NCBI GenBank assembly: GCA_963664435.2 | Contig: CAXXKM010000001.1 | Location: forward strand, 64,001-128,000 | DNA from: Longimicrobiales bacterium | Lineage (GTDB): Bacteria > Gemmatimonadota > Gemmatimonadetes > Longimicrobiales > Gaopeijiaceae | Length of the DNA: 64,000 bases | Direction: 5' to 3' | Shown here: one piece after another, positions 10,497 to 19,182 of the stretch | Numbering within the stretch: position 1 is the stretch's first letter | Layout of the letters: every line of letters starts with the position of its first letter | Made by a program: the position numbers and the translations under genes | Notes under the pieces: generated by a model | What the model saw: only the letters and a program-made list of their open reading frames with translations | Databases searched by the model: none | Told to the model about the DNA's origin: nothing

Positions 10497-11369
10497 TCAC
10501 AGGGCCTCCATAAATCCCTCCGACAACCGTCCCCTTGCCACCCCCTGCACCGGCCCCCGCAGGATGACCTCCAGCTCGCGGGAGACATTCACCTGCAGGG
10601 TGCCACCCTCCATGCGCACCTCGACCTCGCCGTAGTCCACCACCCCGCGCCCGGCCGCCGCCACCGCCACTGCGCACGAGCTGGTCCCCGACGCCTTGGT
10701 GCGCCCGACACCGCGCTCCCAGATGGCGATTTCGACGCAGCCCCGCGAGACGGGCCGGGCCAGCTGCACGTTCACGCCCGCCGGAAAGGCCTCGTGGGCG
10801 GTCAGGAAGGGACCCAGGCGGGAGAGCGCAGCATCGGACAGGTCGTCGGTGAATACCACGCAATGGGGGTTGCCGACGCTCACCGGGGTGCAGTCGAGCA
10901 CCCCCTCCGCCGGGTGGGTGAGCGGCCTCCCCCGCCACGCGCGCGCAAGCCCCGCATCGGCGGGGTCCAGCGACGCGCGTCCCATCTCGACCGATACGTC
11001 GTAGACGCTCCCGGCCAGGCGCTCCTCCACACGCATGTGGACGCGGTCGCCCCCGACCTCCACCGCGAAGGGCTCGTCTCCGACCCAGTCCCGGGACGCC
11101 GCCCAAGCCGCGAAGACGCGCAGGCCGTTTCCGCTTCGTTCGAACTCGGATCCATCCGGGTTGAACATCCGCAGCCGCCAGGGACGCTCCGGCGGAGGCG
11201 AGTGCAGCACGATGCCGTCGGCGCCCACACCCCGCCATCGATCGCAGACGGCGCGCACCGCCTCCGGCGATAAGGCCCATCCGTCCCCGAACGGAAAGAC
11301 GAGGTAGTCGTTGCCCAGGCCGTGGCCCTTGAAGAAGCTGGCGCCCGCGCGCGGACGGCCGGGGTTCAT
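10497..11369 (-). CDS. dapF: Diaminopimelate epimerase-like protein with a Ser/Ser active-site pair
   Basis: KGHGLGNDY, GVGADGI, FNPDGSEFERSGNG, VGNPHCV, WERGVGRTKASGTS. Confidence 0.85.
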   Translation of the reverse strand: MNPGRPRAGASFFKGHGLGNDYLVFPFGDGWALSPEAVRAVCDRWRGVGADGIVLHSPPPERPWRLRMFNPDGSEFERSGNGLRVFAAWAASRDWVGDEPFAVEVGGDRVHMRVEERLAGSVYDVSVEMGRASLDPADAGLARAWRGRPLTHPAEGVLDCTPVSVGNPHCVVFTDDLSDAALSRLGPFLTAHEAFPAGVNVQLARPVSRGCVEIAIWERGVGRTKASGTSSCAVAVAAAGRGVVDYGEVEVRMEGGTLQVNVSRELEVILRGPVQGVARGRLSEGFMEAL

Positions 11370-11394
11370 GGCCGGAGCAGGATGCACGCATCCC

Positions 11395-12048
11395 TCACGG
11401 ATGGAGCCGCCGGATGCTCCACCCATCCTCCTCGCGCTGGAATACCAGCCGGTCGTGGAGCCGATCCGCGCGCCCCTGCCAGAACTCGATGCGCTGCGCA
11501 TGAAGCCGGAATCCACCCCAGAAATCGGGCAGGGGCACTTCCCCGCCCTCGAACCTCTTCTCGATCTCGCGCACCCGGCGCTCCAGCATTTCACGCTCCT
11601 CGAGGGGCTGGCTCTGGCGCGACGCCCAGGCACCGATCCGGCTGCCCCGGGGGCGAGTGTGGAAATAGGCGGCGGATGCCTCGCGGCTCAGCGGGGTGAC
11701 GCCGCCCTCGACGCGCACCTGGCGCTGGAGGACGCCCCAGTGAAAGCAGAGGGCGGCCCGGGGGTTGGCGGTCAGCTCGTCCGCCTTGCGGCTGCCCAGG
11801 TTGGTGTAGAACTCGAACCCGTCCTCGCCGAATCCCTTGAGCAGCACCATGCGCGCACTGGGAGCGCCATCCGCGGACGCGGTTGCCAGCGTCATCGCCT
11901 CGGGCAGCAGAATGCCGGCCTTGCGCGCGGCGTCGGACCACTGCCCGAAGAGCTCGATGGGGTCCAGTCCCGGATCCGCATCCGGGAGCCCGCGGGTCAG
12001 GCCGCGTCCAAGCGAGAAAACGAGGCGCAGGTTCGATTTGAGCGACAT
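11395..12048 (-). CDS. pdxH: Pyridoxamine 5'-phosphate oxidase
   Basis: PSARMVLLKG, FYTNLGSRK, RQVRVEG, EFWQGRADRLHDR. Confidence 0.95.
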   Translation of the reverse strand: MSLKSNLRLVFSLGRGLTRGLPDADPGLDPIELFGQWSDAARKAGILLPEAMTLATASADGAPSARMVLLKGFGEDGFEFYTNLGSRKADELTANPRAALCFHWGVLQRQVRVEGGVTPLSREASAAYFHTRPRGSRIGAWASRQSQPLEEREMLERRVREIEKRFEGGEVPLPDFWGGFRLHAQRIEFWQGRADRLHDRLVFQREEDGWSIRRLHP

Positions 12049-12057
12049 CAGTCAGAG

Positions 12058-13341
12058 CTACGACCGAAAACGCGCGGGGGAAAGGGGTGCCAGGCGCGGA
12101 TCCCCGGTACCCGTAACCTGGTTTGCGACCATTTTGCCCGTAACCGCCGACAGCGTGAGCCCGAGATTGCCGTGCCCAACCGCCACCGAAAGCCCGCCCA
12201 CGTTGCCGAGAGGGCCGACGCAGGGCAGCCCGTCCGGCGACATCGGCCGCAGGCCGCACCATTCCGACACCGGTGGAGCGTCGCCGAGGGCGGGCAGCCA
12301 GGCACGAGGTTTCAGCGTAAGCTGCTCGAGGCGGATCGGGTTCAGCTCCAGGTCGTAGCCGGCGAATTCCATCGTGCCCACGAAGCGCACCCGCCCCTCC
12401 AGCGGCGTGCAGATGATGCCCGTGTCCCTGTTGGTGCAGGCGACGCGCATGGCTGGTGCTCCATCTGGGCCCACGGCCACCTCGCGGTGATACCCCTTCC
12501 CGGGCTGAATGGGGAGAGGGAACCCGGCCTGCCGGGCGAGCGCCAGGCTGAAAGGACCGGTGGCCAGCACGACCGCGTCGGCCGCGACGCGCTCGCCATC
12601 GGCGGTCTCCACGCCCCGCACCGCCCCACCCGCGAAGGTGAGCCGCCGCACCGCCGCGCCCTCGCGGATGGAGACGCCCCTTCGCCGCGCGGCCTCCGCC
12701 AGACCGAGGAGGAAGAGATAGGGGTCCAGGATCCGGGTTTCCGGGAACAGGACGCCGCCCGTCACGCGGGGACCGAGCGCCGGCTCCACCTCACGCGCCT
12801 GGGTACCGTCCACGACCTCGGGGTGGTAGCCGTGCCCGCGCATCAGCGCGGCGTCTTCACGCGCCTTCGCCATCGCCTTCCCGCCAACGCAGACCTCCAG
12901 GTAGCTCCCGCGCCGGTATTCGCAGGCGATTCCCTCCTCGCCCACGATGGCATCGAAGCATGCCAGCGTATCCAGCCCCAGCGGCGCCAGCGTCTCCAGG
13001 CAGCGCCTCTCGTGCCGGCGGGTGCAGTGCCGCGCGAACGCGGCCAGCCATCGCCAGACGCCCACATCGCGCCGCGCACGCACGTACAGCGGGCTCCGCG
13101 GATCGAAGAGGCGCGGCAGCGCCTGCCGGACCTTGCCCGGCCGGTTCAGCGGAGGATGCCCGGCAGCCACGATCCCGGCGTTGCCCCGCGAGGCGCCGGC
13201 CCCGATTCCGGCGCGCTCGAGCACGACCACATCCACCCCTCGCCGCGCCAGGTACCAGGCCGAGCAGAGGCCGACGAGGCCTCCGCCTGCGACGACGACG
13301 CGAAAAGTGGACATGGCGGGCCGGGGGAGGGTTGTGGTCAT
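12058..13341 (-). CDS. FAD-dependent D-amino acid dehydrogenase (DadA family); alternative start at 13314
   Basis: VAGGGLVGL FAD motif, GASRGNAG, PGKGY, WCGLRPMSPDGLP, GHGNLGLT. Confidence 0.88.
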   Translation of the reverse strand: MTTTLPRPAMSTFRVVVAGGGLVGLCSAWYLARRGVDVVVLERAGIGAGASRGNAGIVAAGHPPLNRPGKVRQALPRLFDPRSPLYVRARRDVGVWRWLAAFARHCTRRHERRCLETLAPLGLDTLACFDAIVGEEGIACEYRRGSYLEVCVGGKAMAKAREDAALMRGHGYHPEVVDGTQAREVEPALGPRVTGGVLFPETRILDPYLFLLGLAEAARRRGVSIREGAAVRRLTFAGGAVRGVETADGERVAADAVVLATGPFSLALARQAGFPLPIQPGKGYHREVAVGPDGAPAMRVACTNRDTGIICTPLEGRVRFVGTMEFAGYDLELNPIRLEQLTLKPRAWLPALGDAPPVSEWCGLRPMSPDGLPCVGPLGNVGGLSVAVGHGNLGLTLSAVTGKMVANQVTGTGDPRLAPLSPARFRS

Positions 13342-13409
13342 CGCAGTACGTCAGCCCGCCTACCTTGAGCGCCGGCAGGCTGTTCCCTGGGAACTCGAGC
13401 TGGGGACAT

Positions 13410-13580
13410 GATCGTGTCGCCGATCTGCATGCCGTCGTCGCGGCGCATGTGGCGGAAGACGGGTTTGACGCGGTATATAGTACGCTCTGGATGCCAATTG
13501 ACCTGAACACGGCCACGTGCGATGAAATCCTGCTTATTCCGGGCGTCGGCGAGCGCAAGCAACACAAATTCGAAGAGTGC
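13410..13580 (+). pseudogene. Remnant of a helix-hairpin-helix (ComEA-like) protein
   Basis: Frame reads ...VYSTLWMPIDLNTATCDEILLIPGVGERKQHKFEEC; HhH signature xDLNTAT..E...IPGVG; lower GC; no intact start or end. Confidence 0.6.
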
Positions 13581-14763
13581 CGTCAGGATCGTCGGCTCCC
13601 TGCCGGCGATCCTGCTCGTCTGGGCCTGCAGCCCCTCCGCCGCCTCCACGCCGGACGGCCAGACGTCGGGACCCGGACCGGTCGCGGGGGGCAGCCCCGA
13701 GCAGGTCGCGCACCAGGTGGCGACCGTGGTCGACGACCTGAGCAACCCCTGGGCGGTGGCCTGGCTCCCCAACGGCGACATGCTGGTGACGGAGCGGCCG
13801 GGCCGGCTGCGCATCGTCCGTGACGGTACGCTTCTGCGCGACCCCGTCGAAGGTGTGCCGGACGTGCGGGCACGCGGTCAGGGCGGTCTGCTGGACGTGG
13901 CGGTGCACCCCGACTTCGAGAGCAACCGCCTGCTCTACCTGACCTTCGCGGCACAGCACGAGGACGGGGGCGCCAGCACGGTGGTCGTCCGAGGCCGCTT
14001 CGAGGACGACGGGCTCACCGGGGTCGAGGAAATCTGGGTCGCGCAGTCCCGGGGCCGCGACCACTTCGGTTCGCGCCTGGCCTTCGATGCCGACAACTAC
14101 CTCTACATTACCGCCGGCGACCGGCAGGTCTCGCCCCGGGGCGGGCTCGCCGAGCTGTCGGCCCATCCGGCGCAGGACCTCTCCACCCACCACGGCGTGG
14201 TGGTGCGCCTGCACGACGACGGGCGCATCCCGGCGGACAATCCGTTCGTGGGACAGGCCGGCGCGCTCGAGGACATCTACAGCTACGGTCACCGCAACGC
14301 CCAGGGCATGGCCTTCCACCCGGAGACCGGGGACCTCTGGCTGAACGAACACGGGCCGCAGGGGGGAGACGAGATCAACCTGATCCTGCCGGGCCGCAAC
14401 TACGGCTGGCCGGTGGTCGGATACGGGGTGAACTACGGAAGCGGATCGAGGATCCACGTAGGCAGTCACCGCGACGGAATGGAGCCGCCCGTGCATTACT
14501 GGGTGCCCTCCATCGCCACATCGGGGCTGATGGTTTACACCGGCGACCGCTTCCCGGAGTGGCGCGGCTCGATGTTCGTCGGGGGGCTGGCCGGGCAGCA
14601 GCTGGCTCGCCTGACCCTGGACGGGCATACGGTCACGGACGAAGAGACGCTGGTCCGGCGCATGGGCCGCATCAGGGACGTGCGCCAGGGCCCGGACGGC
14701 CTGATCTACCTGGTGTTCGACCGGCCCGGCATGGTCGCCCGCCTGGAACCGTCCGCGGGCTAG
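13522..14763 (+). CDS. PQQ-dependent sugar dehydrogenase (YliI/GSDH family), lipoprotein; start uncertain
   Basis: PWAVAWLPNGDMLVTERPG, GQGGLLDV, HFGSRL, YSYGHRNAQG, EHGPQGGDEIN, GRIRDV. Confidence 0.92.
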   Translation: MKSCLFRASASASNTNSKSAVRIVGSLPAILLVWACSPSAASTPDGQTSGPGPVAGGSPEQVAHQVATVVDDLSNPWAVAWLPNGDMLVTERPGRLRIVRDGTLLRDPVEGVPDVRARGQGGLLDVAVHPDFESNRLLYLTFAAQHEDGGASTVVVRGRFEDDGLTGVEEIWVAQSRGRDHFGSRLAFDADNYLYITAGDRQVSPRGGLAELSAHPAQDLSTHHGVVVRLHDDGRIPADNPFVGQAGALEDIYSYGHRNAQGMAFHPETGDLWLNEHGPQGGDEINLILPGRNYGWPVVGYGVNYGSGSRIHVGSHRDGMEPPVHYWVPSIATSGLMVYTGDRFPEWRGSMFVGGLAGQQLARLTLDGHTVTDEETLVRRMGRIRDVRQGPDGLIYLVFDRPGMVARLEPSAG

Positions 14764-14784
14764 GCCCGCAGGCGGACAACCTTC

Positions 14785-16416
14785 ATGGCCGAACACCACG
14801 GACAGGCCAGCCCGCGGGGACGCGCCATCGGCTTGTGGCTCGGCCTGGGCTGCTTTCTCCTGCTGCTCGCCTTTCCGATAGACCCGGCAAACCTGCCCGC
14901 GAGCCGCCTCGCCGCCGTCGCGAGCCTGATGGCGATCTGGTGGGTGAGCACCGCGCTTCCGCTCTTCGCGACCGCCATTCTTCCGCTGGTGCTCTTCCCC
15001 CTGCTCGGCATCATGTCCGGGAACGATGTCGCGCCGGTCTACTTCAACAGCACGATCGTCCTCTTCCTGGGAGGGTTCATGATCGCGCTGACGATGGAGA
15101 GGTGGAATCTCCACAAGCGCATCGCCCTCGGCATCATCCACGCGGTGGGGGGCGGGCCTCCGCGCATCATTCTGGGCTTCATGGTGGCGGCCGCCTTCCT
15201 CTCCATGTGGATCTCAAACACCGCCACCGCGGTGATGATGGTGCCGATCGGGCTCGCGATGGTGCTGCAGGTCGAGGAGACGGCCGGCGCCCGGCACTCG
15301 CGCACGTTCACCATCGCCCTCATGCTCGGCATCGCCTACGGCTGTTCGATGGGCGGTCTGACCACCCTGGTCGGAACCCCTCCCAACCTGTCCTTCCAGC
15401 GCATCTTCCAGATCATCTTCCCCGAAGCGCCTCCCATCGACTTCGGCACCTGGATCGTGATGGGTCTCCCGATCGGCGTCACGATGATCGTGGTGGCCTG
15501 GCTGCTGCTCACCAAGGTCCTCTATCGCCCATCGCCGGAGGTGCGGATCGAGCGGGATGTCCTCGAGCGGGAACGCGCCGGGCTGGGCCCGATCTCCTTC
15601 GAGGAGCGCTCCGTGGCGACAGTCTTTGCCATGACCGCGCTGCTCTGGGTCTTCAGGCGCGACCTGGAGCTCGGTTTCGCCACCGTCCCCGGCTGGTCGA
15701 ACCTGCTTCCCTACGCCGGGATGATCGACGACGGCACCGTGGCGATCGCGATGGCGTCGTTGCTCTTCTTCATCCCGACCCGGAACCGGGCGCCGCGGAG
15801 CGCGAGCATCGAGGCTCCGGACGCGTTCCCGAAGTGGCAGAAGCCGTTTCGCCGGGCATTCCGTTTCGGGGCTGCGAACCGCGTCATGGGCGCGGAGGTG
15901 ATTCCTCGCCTGCCCTGGAACATCGTCCTCCTCTTCGGAGGAGGGTTTGCCCTCGCGGCCGGTTTCCAGGGCACAGGGCTCGCGAACATCATCGGGAGCC
16001 AGTTCCAGGGGCTCGGCGGGCTGCCGCCCTTCGTCGTCATCCTCCTGGTGTGCCTCACCCTCACCTTCCTTACCGAGCTGACGAGCAACCTGGCCACCAC
16101 GGAGATGATTCTCCCGATCCTGGCTTCAGTGGCCGTGCTGACCGAAATGAATCCGCTCATCCTGATGGTCCCCGCGACGCTGTCCGCCTCGTGCGCCTTC
16201 ATGATGCCGGTCGCGACTCCGCCCAACGCCATCGTCTTCGGAAGCGACCGCATCTCGGTGGGAGAGATGGCGCGCGCGGGCATCTTCCTGAACCTGATCG
16301 GGGCGCTGGTGATCGCCACCCTGGTCCTGACGCTGGGTGAGACGGTCTTCGGGATCGAATCGGGCGTGATGCCGGACTGGGCGACGCAGGCGGCAACGGG
16401 GGAGGTCGGCGGCTGA
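14785..16416 (+). CDS. SLC13/DASS family Na+-coupled dicarboxylate/sulfate symporter (copy 1)
   Basis: FLGGFMIA, SMWISNTAT, LVGTPPN, LLFGGGFALA, AFMMPVATPPNAIV; multi-pass membrane protein. Confidence 0.93.
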   Translation: MAEHHGQASPRGRAIGLWLGLGCFLLLLAFPIDPANLPASRLAAVASLMAIWWVSTALPLFATAILPLVLFPLLGIMSGNDVAPVYFNSTIVLFLGGFMIALTMERWNLHKRIALGIIHAVGGGPPRIILGFMVAAAFLSMWISNTATAVMMVPIGLAMVLQVEETAGARHSRTFTIALMLGIAYGCSMGGLTTLVGTPPNLSFQRIFQIIFPEAPPIDFGTWIVMGLPIGVTMIVVAWLLLTKVLYRPSPEVRIERDVLERERAGLGPISFEERSVATVFAMTALLWVFRRDLELGFATVPGWSNLLPYAGMIDDGTVAIAMASLLFFIPTRNRAPRSASIEAPDAFPKWQKPFRRAFRFGAANRVMGAEVIPRLPWNIVLLFGGGFALAAGFQGTGLANIIGSQFQGLGGLPPFVVILLVCLTLTFLTELTSNLATTEMILPILASVAVLTEMNPLILMVPATLSASCAFMMPVATPPNAIVFGSDRISVGEMARAGIFLNLIGALVIATLVLTLGETVFGIESGVMPDWATQAATGEVGG

Positions 16417-16420
16417 CCTC

Positions 16421-18052
16421 TTGACGGACCATCGACCACCAACCAGCCGCCGGACGCAGGCGATCGGCTTCTGGCTCGGCCTGAGTTGCTTCCTGCTGCT
16501 GCTGGTCTTGCCGGTGGATGCGGCCAACGCGCCCGCAAGCGGCCTCGCTGCCGTCGTGAGCCTGATGGCGATCTGGTGGGTCAGCAACGCGCTTCCGCTC
16601 TTCGCGACCGCCATTCTTCCGCTGGTGCTCTTCCCCCTGCTCGGCATCATGTCCGGGAACGACGTCGCGCCGGTCTACTTCAACGGCACGATCGTCCTCT
16701 TCCTGGGAGGCTTCATGATCGCGCTCTCCATGCAGCGGTGGAACCTGCACAAACGCATAGCCCTCGGCATCATCCACGCCGTGGGCGGCGGGCCTTCGCG
16801 CATCATCCTGGGCTACATGGTGGCGGCCGCCTTCCTCTCCATGTGGATCGCCAACACCGCCACCGCCGTGATGATGGTGCCGATCGGGCTCGCGATGGTG
16901 CTCCAGGTCGAGGAAACCGCCGGCATCAAACACTCGCGCACCTTCACCGTCGCCCTCATGCTCGGCATCGCCTACGCCTGTTCGATGGGCGGCGTGACGA
17001 CGCTGGTCGGAACCACGCCCAACCTGTCCTTCCAGCGCATCTTCCAGATCATCTTCCCCGAAGCGCCTCCGATCGAGTTCGGCACCTGGATGGTGCTGGC
17101 CACGCCGATCGGGATCACGATGGTCGCGGTGTGCTGGTTTGTCCTTACCCAGGTCCTCTACCGTCCATCGCCGCAGGTGCAGATCGACCGGGACGTCGTC
17201 GCTCGCGAGCGCGCCGCGCTCGGTCCGATCTCGTTCGAGGAACGTTCCGTGCTGGTCGTCTTCGCCATCACAGCGGTGCTGTGGATTTTCCGGCGCGACC
17301 TGGAGCTCGGCTTTGGAACGATTCCGGGCTGGTCCAACCTCCTGCCCTTCCCCGGGATGATCGACGACGGCACCGTGGCGATCACCATGGCGGCGGTCCT
17401 CTTCTTCATCCCGACCCGGAACCAGCCGCCGCGCGGCGCGAGCGAGGCGGTGGCCGGCCGGGTCCCCCCGTGGCTGAGGCCGCTTCGCCGGGCAGCCCGT
17501 TTCGCCAACGCGAACCGCGTCATGGGCGCGGAGGTGATCCCGCGTCTGCCGTGGAACATCGTGCTCCTCTTCGGAGGCGGCTTCGCCCTCGCGGCCGGTT
17601 TCACAGACACCGGGCTCGCCAACATCATCGGGAATCAGTTCCAGGGGCTCGGCGGACTGCCGCCCTTCGTCGTCATCGTGCTGGTGTGCCTCACGCTCAC
17701 CTTCCTGACCGAACTGACCAGCAACCTGGCCACCACGGAGATGATCCTCCCCATCCTGGCTTCGGTAGCGGTGGTGACGGAGATGAACCCGCTCACGCTG
17801 ATGCTCCCGGCGACGCTCTCGGCTTCGTGCGCCTTCATGATGCCGGTCGCGACGCCGGCCAACGCCATCGTCTTCGGAAGCGACCGCATCTCGGTCGGGG
17901 AAATGGCGCGCGCGGGCATCCTGTTGAACCTGATCGGGGTGATCGTGGTCACCACCGTGGTGATCCTGCTGGGAGAGGCGGTCTTCGACTTCGACCGGGG
18001 GGTGATGCCGGACTGGGCGACGGGGGTGCCGCCCGGAGAGGTCGGCGGGTAG
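16421..18052 (+). CDS. SLC13/DASS family symporter (copy 2, tandem paralog; TTG start)
   Basis: Same 543-aa length and collinear with copy 1; motifs IANTAT, GTTPN, ATPAN. Confidence 0.92.
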   Translation: MTDHRPPTSRRTQAIGFWLGLSCFLLLLVLPVDAANAPASGLAAVVSLMAIWWVSNALPLFATAILPLVLFPLLGIMSGNDVAPVYFNGTIVLFLGGFMIALSMQRWNLHKRIALGIIHAVGGGPSRIILGYMVAAAFLSMWIANTATAVMMVPIGLAMVLQVEETAGIKHSRTFTVALMLGIAYACSMGGVTTLVGTTPNLSFQRIFQIIFPEAPPIEFGTWMVLATPIGITMVAVCWFVLTQVLYRPSPQVQIDRDVVARERAALGPISFEERSVLVVFAITAVLWIFRRDLELGFGTIPGWSNLLPFPGMIDDGTVAITMAAVLFFIPTRNQPPRGASEAVAGRVPPWLRPLRRAARFANANRVMGAEVIPRLPWNIVLLFGGGFALAAGFTDTGLANIIGNQFQGLGGLPPFVVIVLVCLTLTFLTELTSNLATTEMILPILASVAVVTEMNPLTLMLPATLSASCAFMMPVATPANAIVFGSDRISVGEMARAGILLNLIGVIVVTTVVILLGEAVFDFDRGVMPDWATGVPPGEVGG

Positions 18053-18058
18053 CGGGCC

Positions 18059-18610
18059 CTAGTCGTTCCTCTTGCGCCGTCCCGCGACGGCGCTGCGGAT
18101 GGCATCCTCGAGGCGCTGGGGGTGGTCGCTCCCCACGTATAGCCGCCGGCCCTCCTTGAGGCCGACCACGACCGCGCGATCCCCGCGGGCGGTCCAGGCC
18201 TTCTTCTTGCCCGCACCACGCACACCCCAGCCGCCGAACTCCACCAGCGGCCGGTAGCGCACGCTCTCCAGCGAGACGATGCTGTCGAAGGACACCATCT
18301 TGCGCACGAGCCGCACCGAGCCCAGGTGCAACACGATGCGGGTCTCCTGCACCAGCACCGTCAGCCCGCCCAGCACCATGCGCAGGCCCCACCCGGCGGC
18401 GAGGATGGCCGCGACCACGGCCAGCCGGAAGAGGATGCCGCCGCCCGAGGTGACGAACACGGAATACGCGCACGACACGATTGCCCCGCAATAGATGAGA
18501 TCCACCCAGGACGCCCAGGGCGTGCGCTCGCGGTACCGGGTCTGCTCCTCCGTCTTCACTTTGCGCTCCGGTCTGGATGCGGTGAGGGGGAACGCTCCTT
18601 CGGCAGTCAT
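18059..18610 (-). CDS. Hypothetical membrane protein (two TM helices plus FGGWG-motif domain)
   Basis: Hydrophobic pair followed by YRPLVEFGGWGVR...LYVGSDHPQRL; overlaps the NUDIX stop. Confidence 0.65.
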   Translation of the reverse strand: MTAEGAFPLTASRPERKVKTEEQTRYRERTPWASWVDLIYCGAIVSCAYSVFVTSGGGILFRLAVVAAILAAGWGLRMVLGGLTVLVQETRIVLHLGSVRLVRKMVSFDSIVSLESVRYRPLVEFGGWGVRGAGKKKAWTARGDRAVVVGLKEGRRLYVGSDHPQRLEDAIRSAVAGRRKRND

Positions 18611-19182
18611 TCTACCATCCCTCCATCGTTGCCGCCTGCCACCGGCTGGAGCTCTGCCAGCCGACTCTTCAGGAAGCGCCGCAGGATGCGGTAGGTGAGC
18701 CCCCAAACCGGTTGGCCCGCAACCCTGTAGCAGGGGAATTCCCGCTTTCCCGCAGGCGTCTCCACCGCCAACGCCGAGCGCGCCCCGGGGACGCTGAGGT
18801 CGGCGACGGGCACCCAATATACGGCCGCGATCTCGGTGCTGGCCACGTGCGCGTCCGAGCCGCCCGAAAGGAGGAACACGAAAGGGGCGATCATGAGCCG
18901 GGGGATCGCCCGCGACGTTGGCTTCAGGTCCGGAAGCCGGCCCACCAGCACGCCCGAGCTGTCCAGGTCTATCCCGACCTCCTCGTGCGTCTCCCGCACG
19001 GCGGTCTCGCGGAGGTCGACGTCCTCCGGATCCCGGCGTCCGCCCGGAAGCGCCATCTGCCCCGACCAGGGATCGCGCGGGGAACGCGCCCGGCGCACGA
19101 GCAGAAATGCCGGCTCCGGCTCCCGGCGCACCACGAGCGCGACCGCCGCTTGGCTTCTCGGGCCGTTGCCGGCCGGGGCCAC
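18607..19182 (-). CDS. CoA pyrophosphatase (NUDIX)
   Basis: AAV.L, RR....DPWSGQMALPGGRRD, TAVRETHEEVG Nudix box, VWGLTYRIL. Confidence 0.9.
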   Translation of the reverse strand: MAPAGNGPRSQAAVALVVRREPEPAFLLVRRARSPRDPWSGQMALPGGRRDPEDVDLRETAVRETHEEVGIDLDSSGVLVGRLPDLKPTSRAIPRLMIAPFVFLLSGGSDAHVASTEIAAVYWVPVADLSVPGARSALAVETPAGKREFPCYRVAGQPVWGLTYRILRRFLKSRLAELQPVAGGNDGGMVE

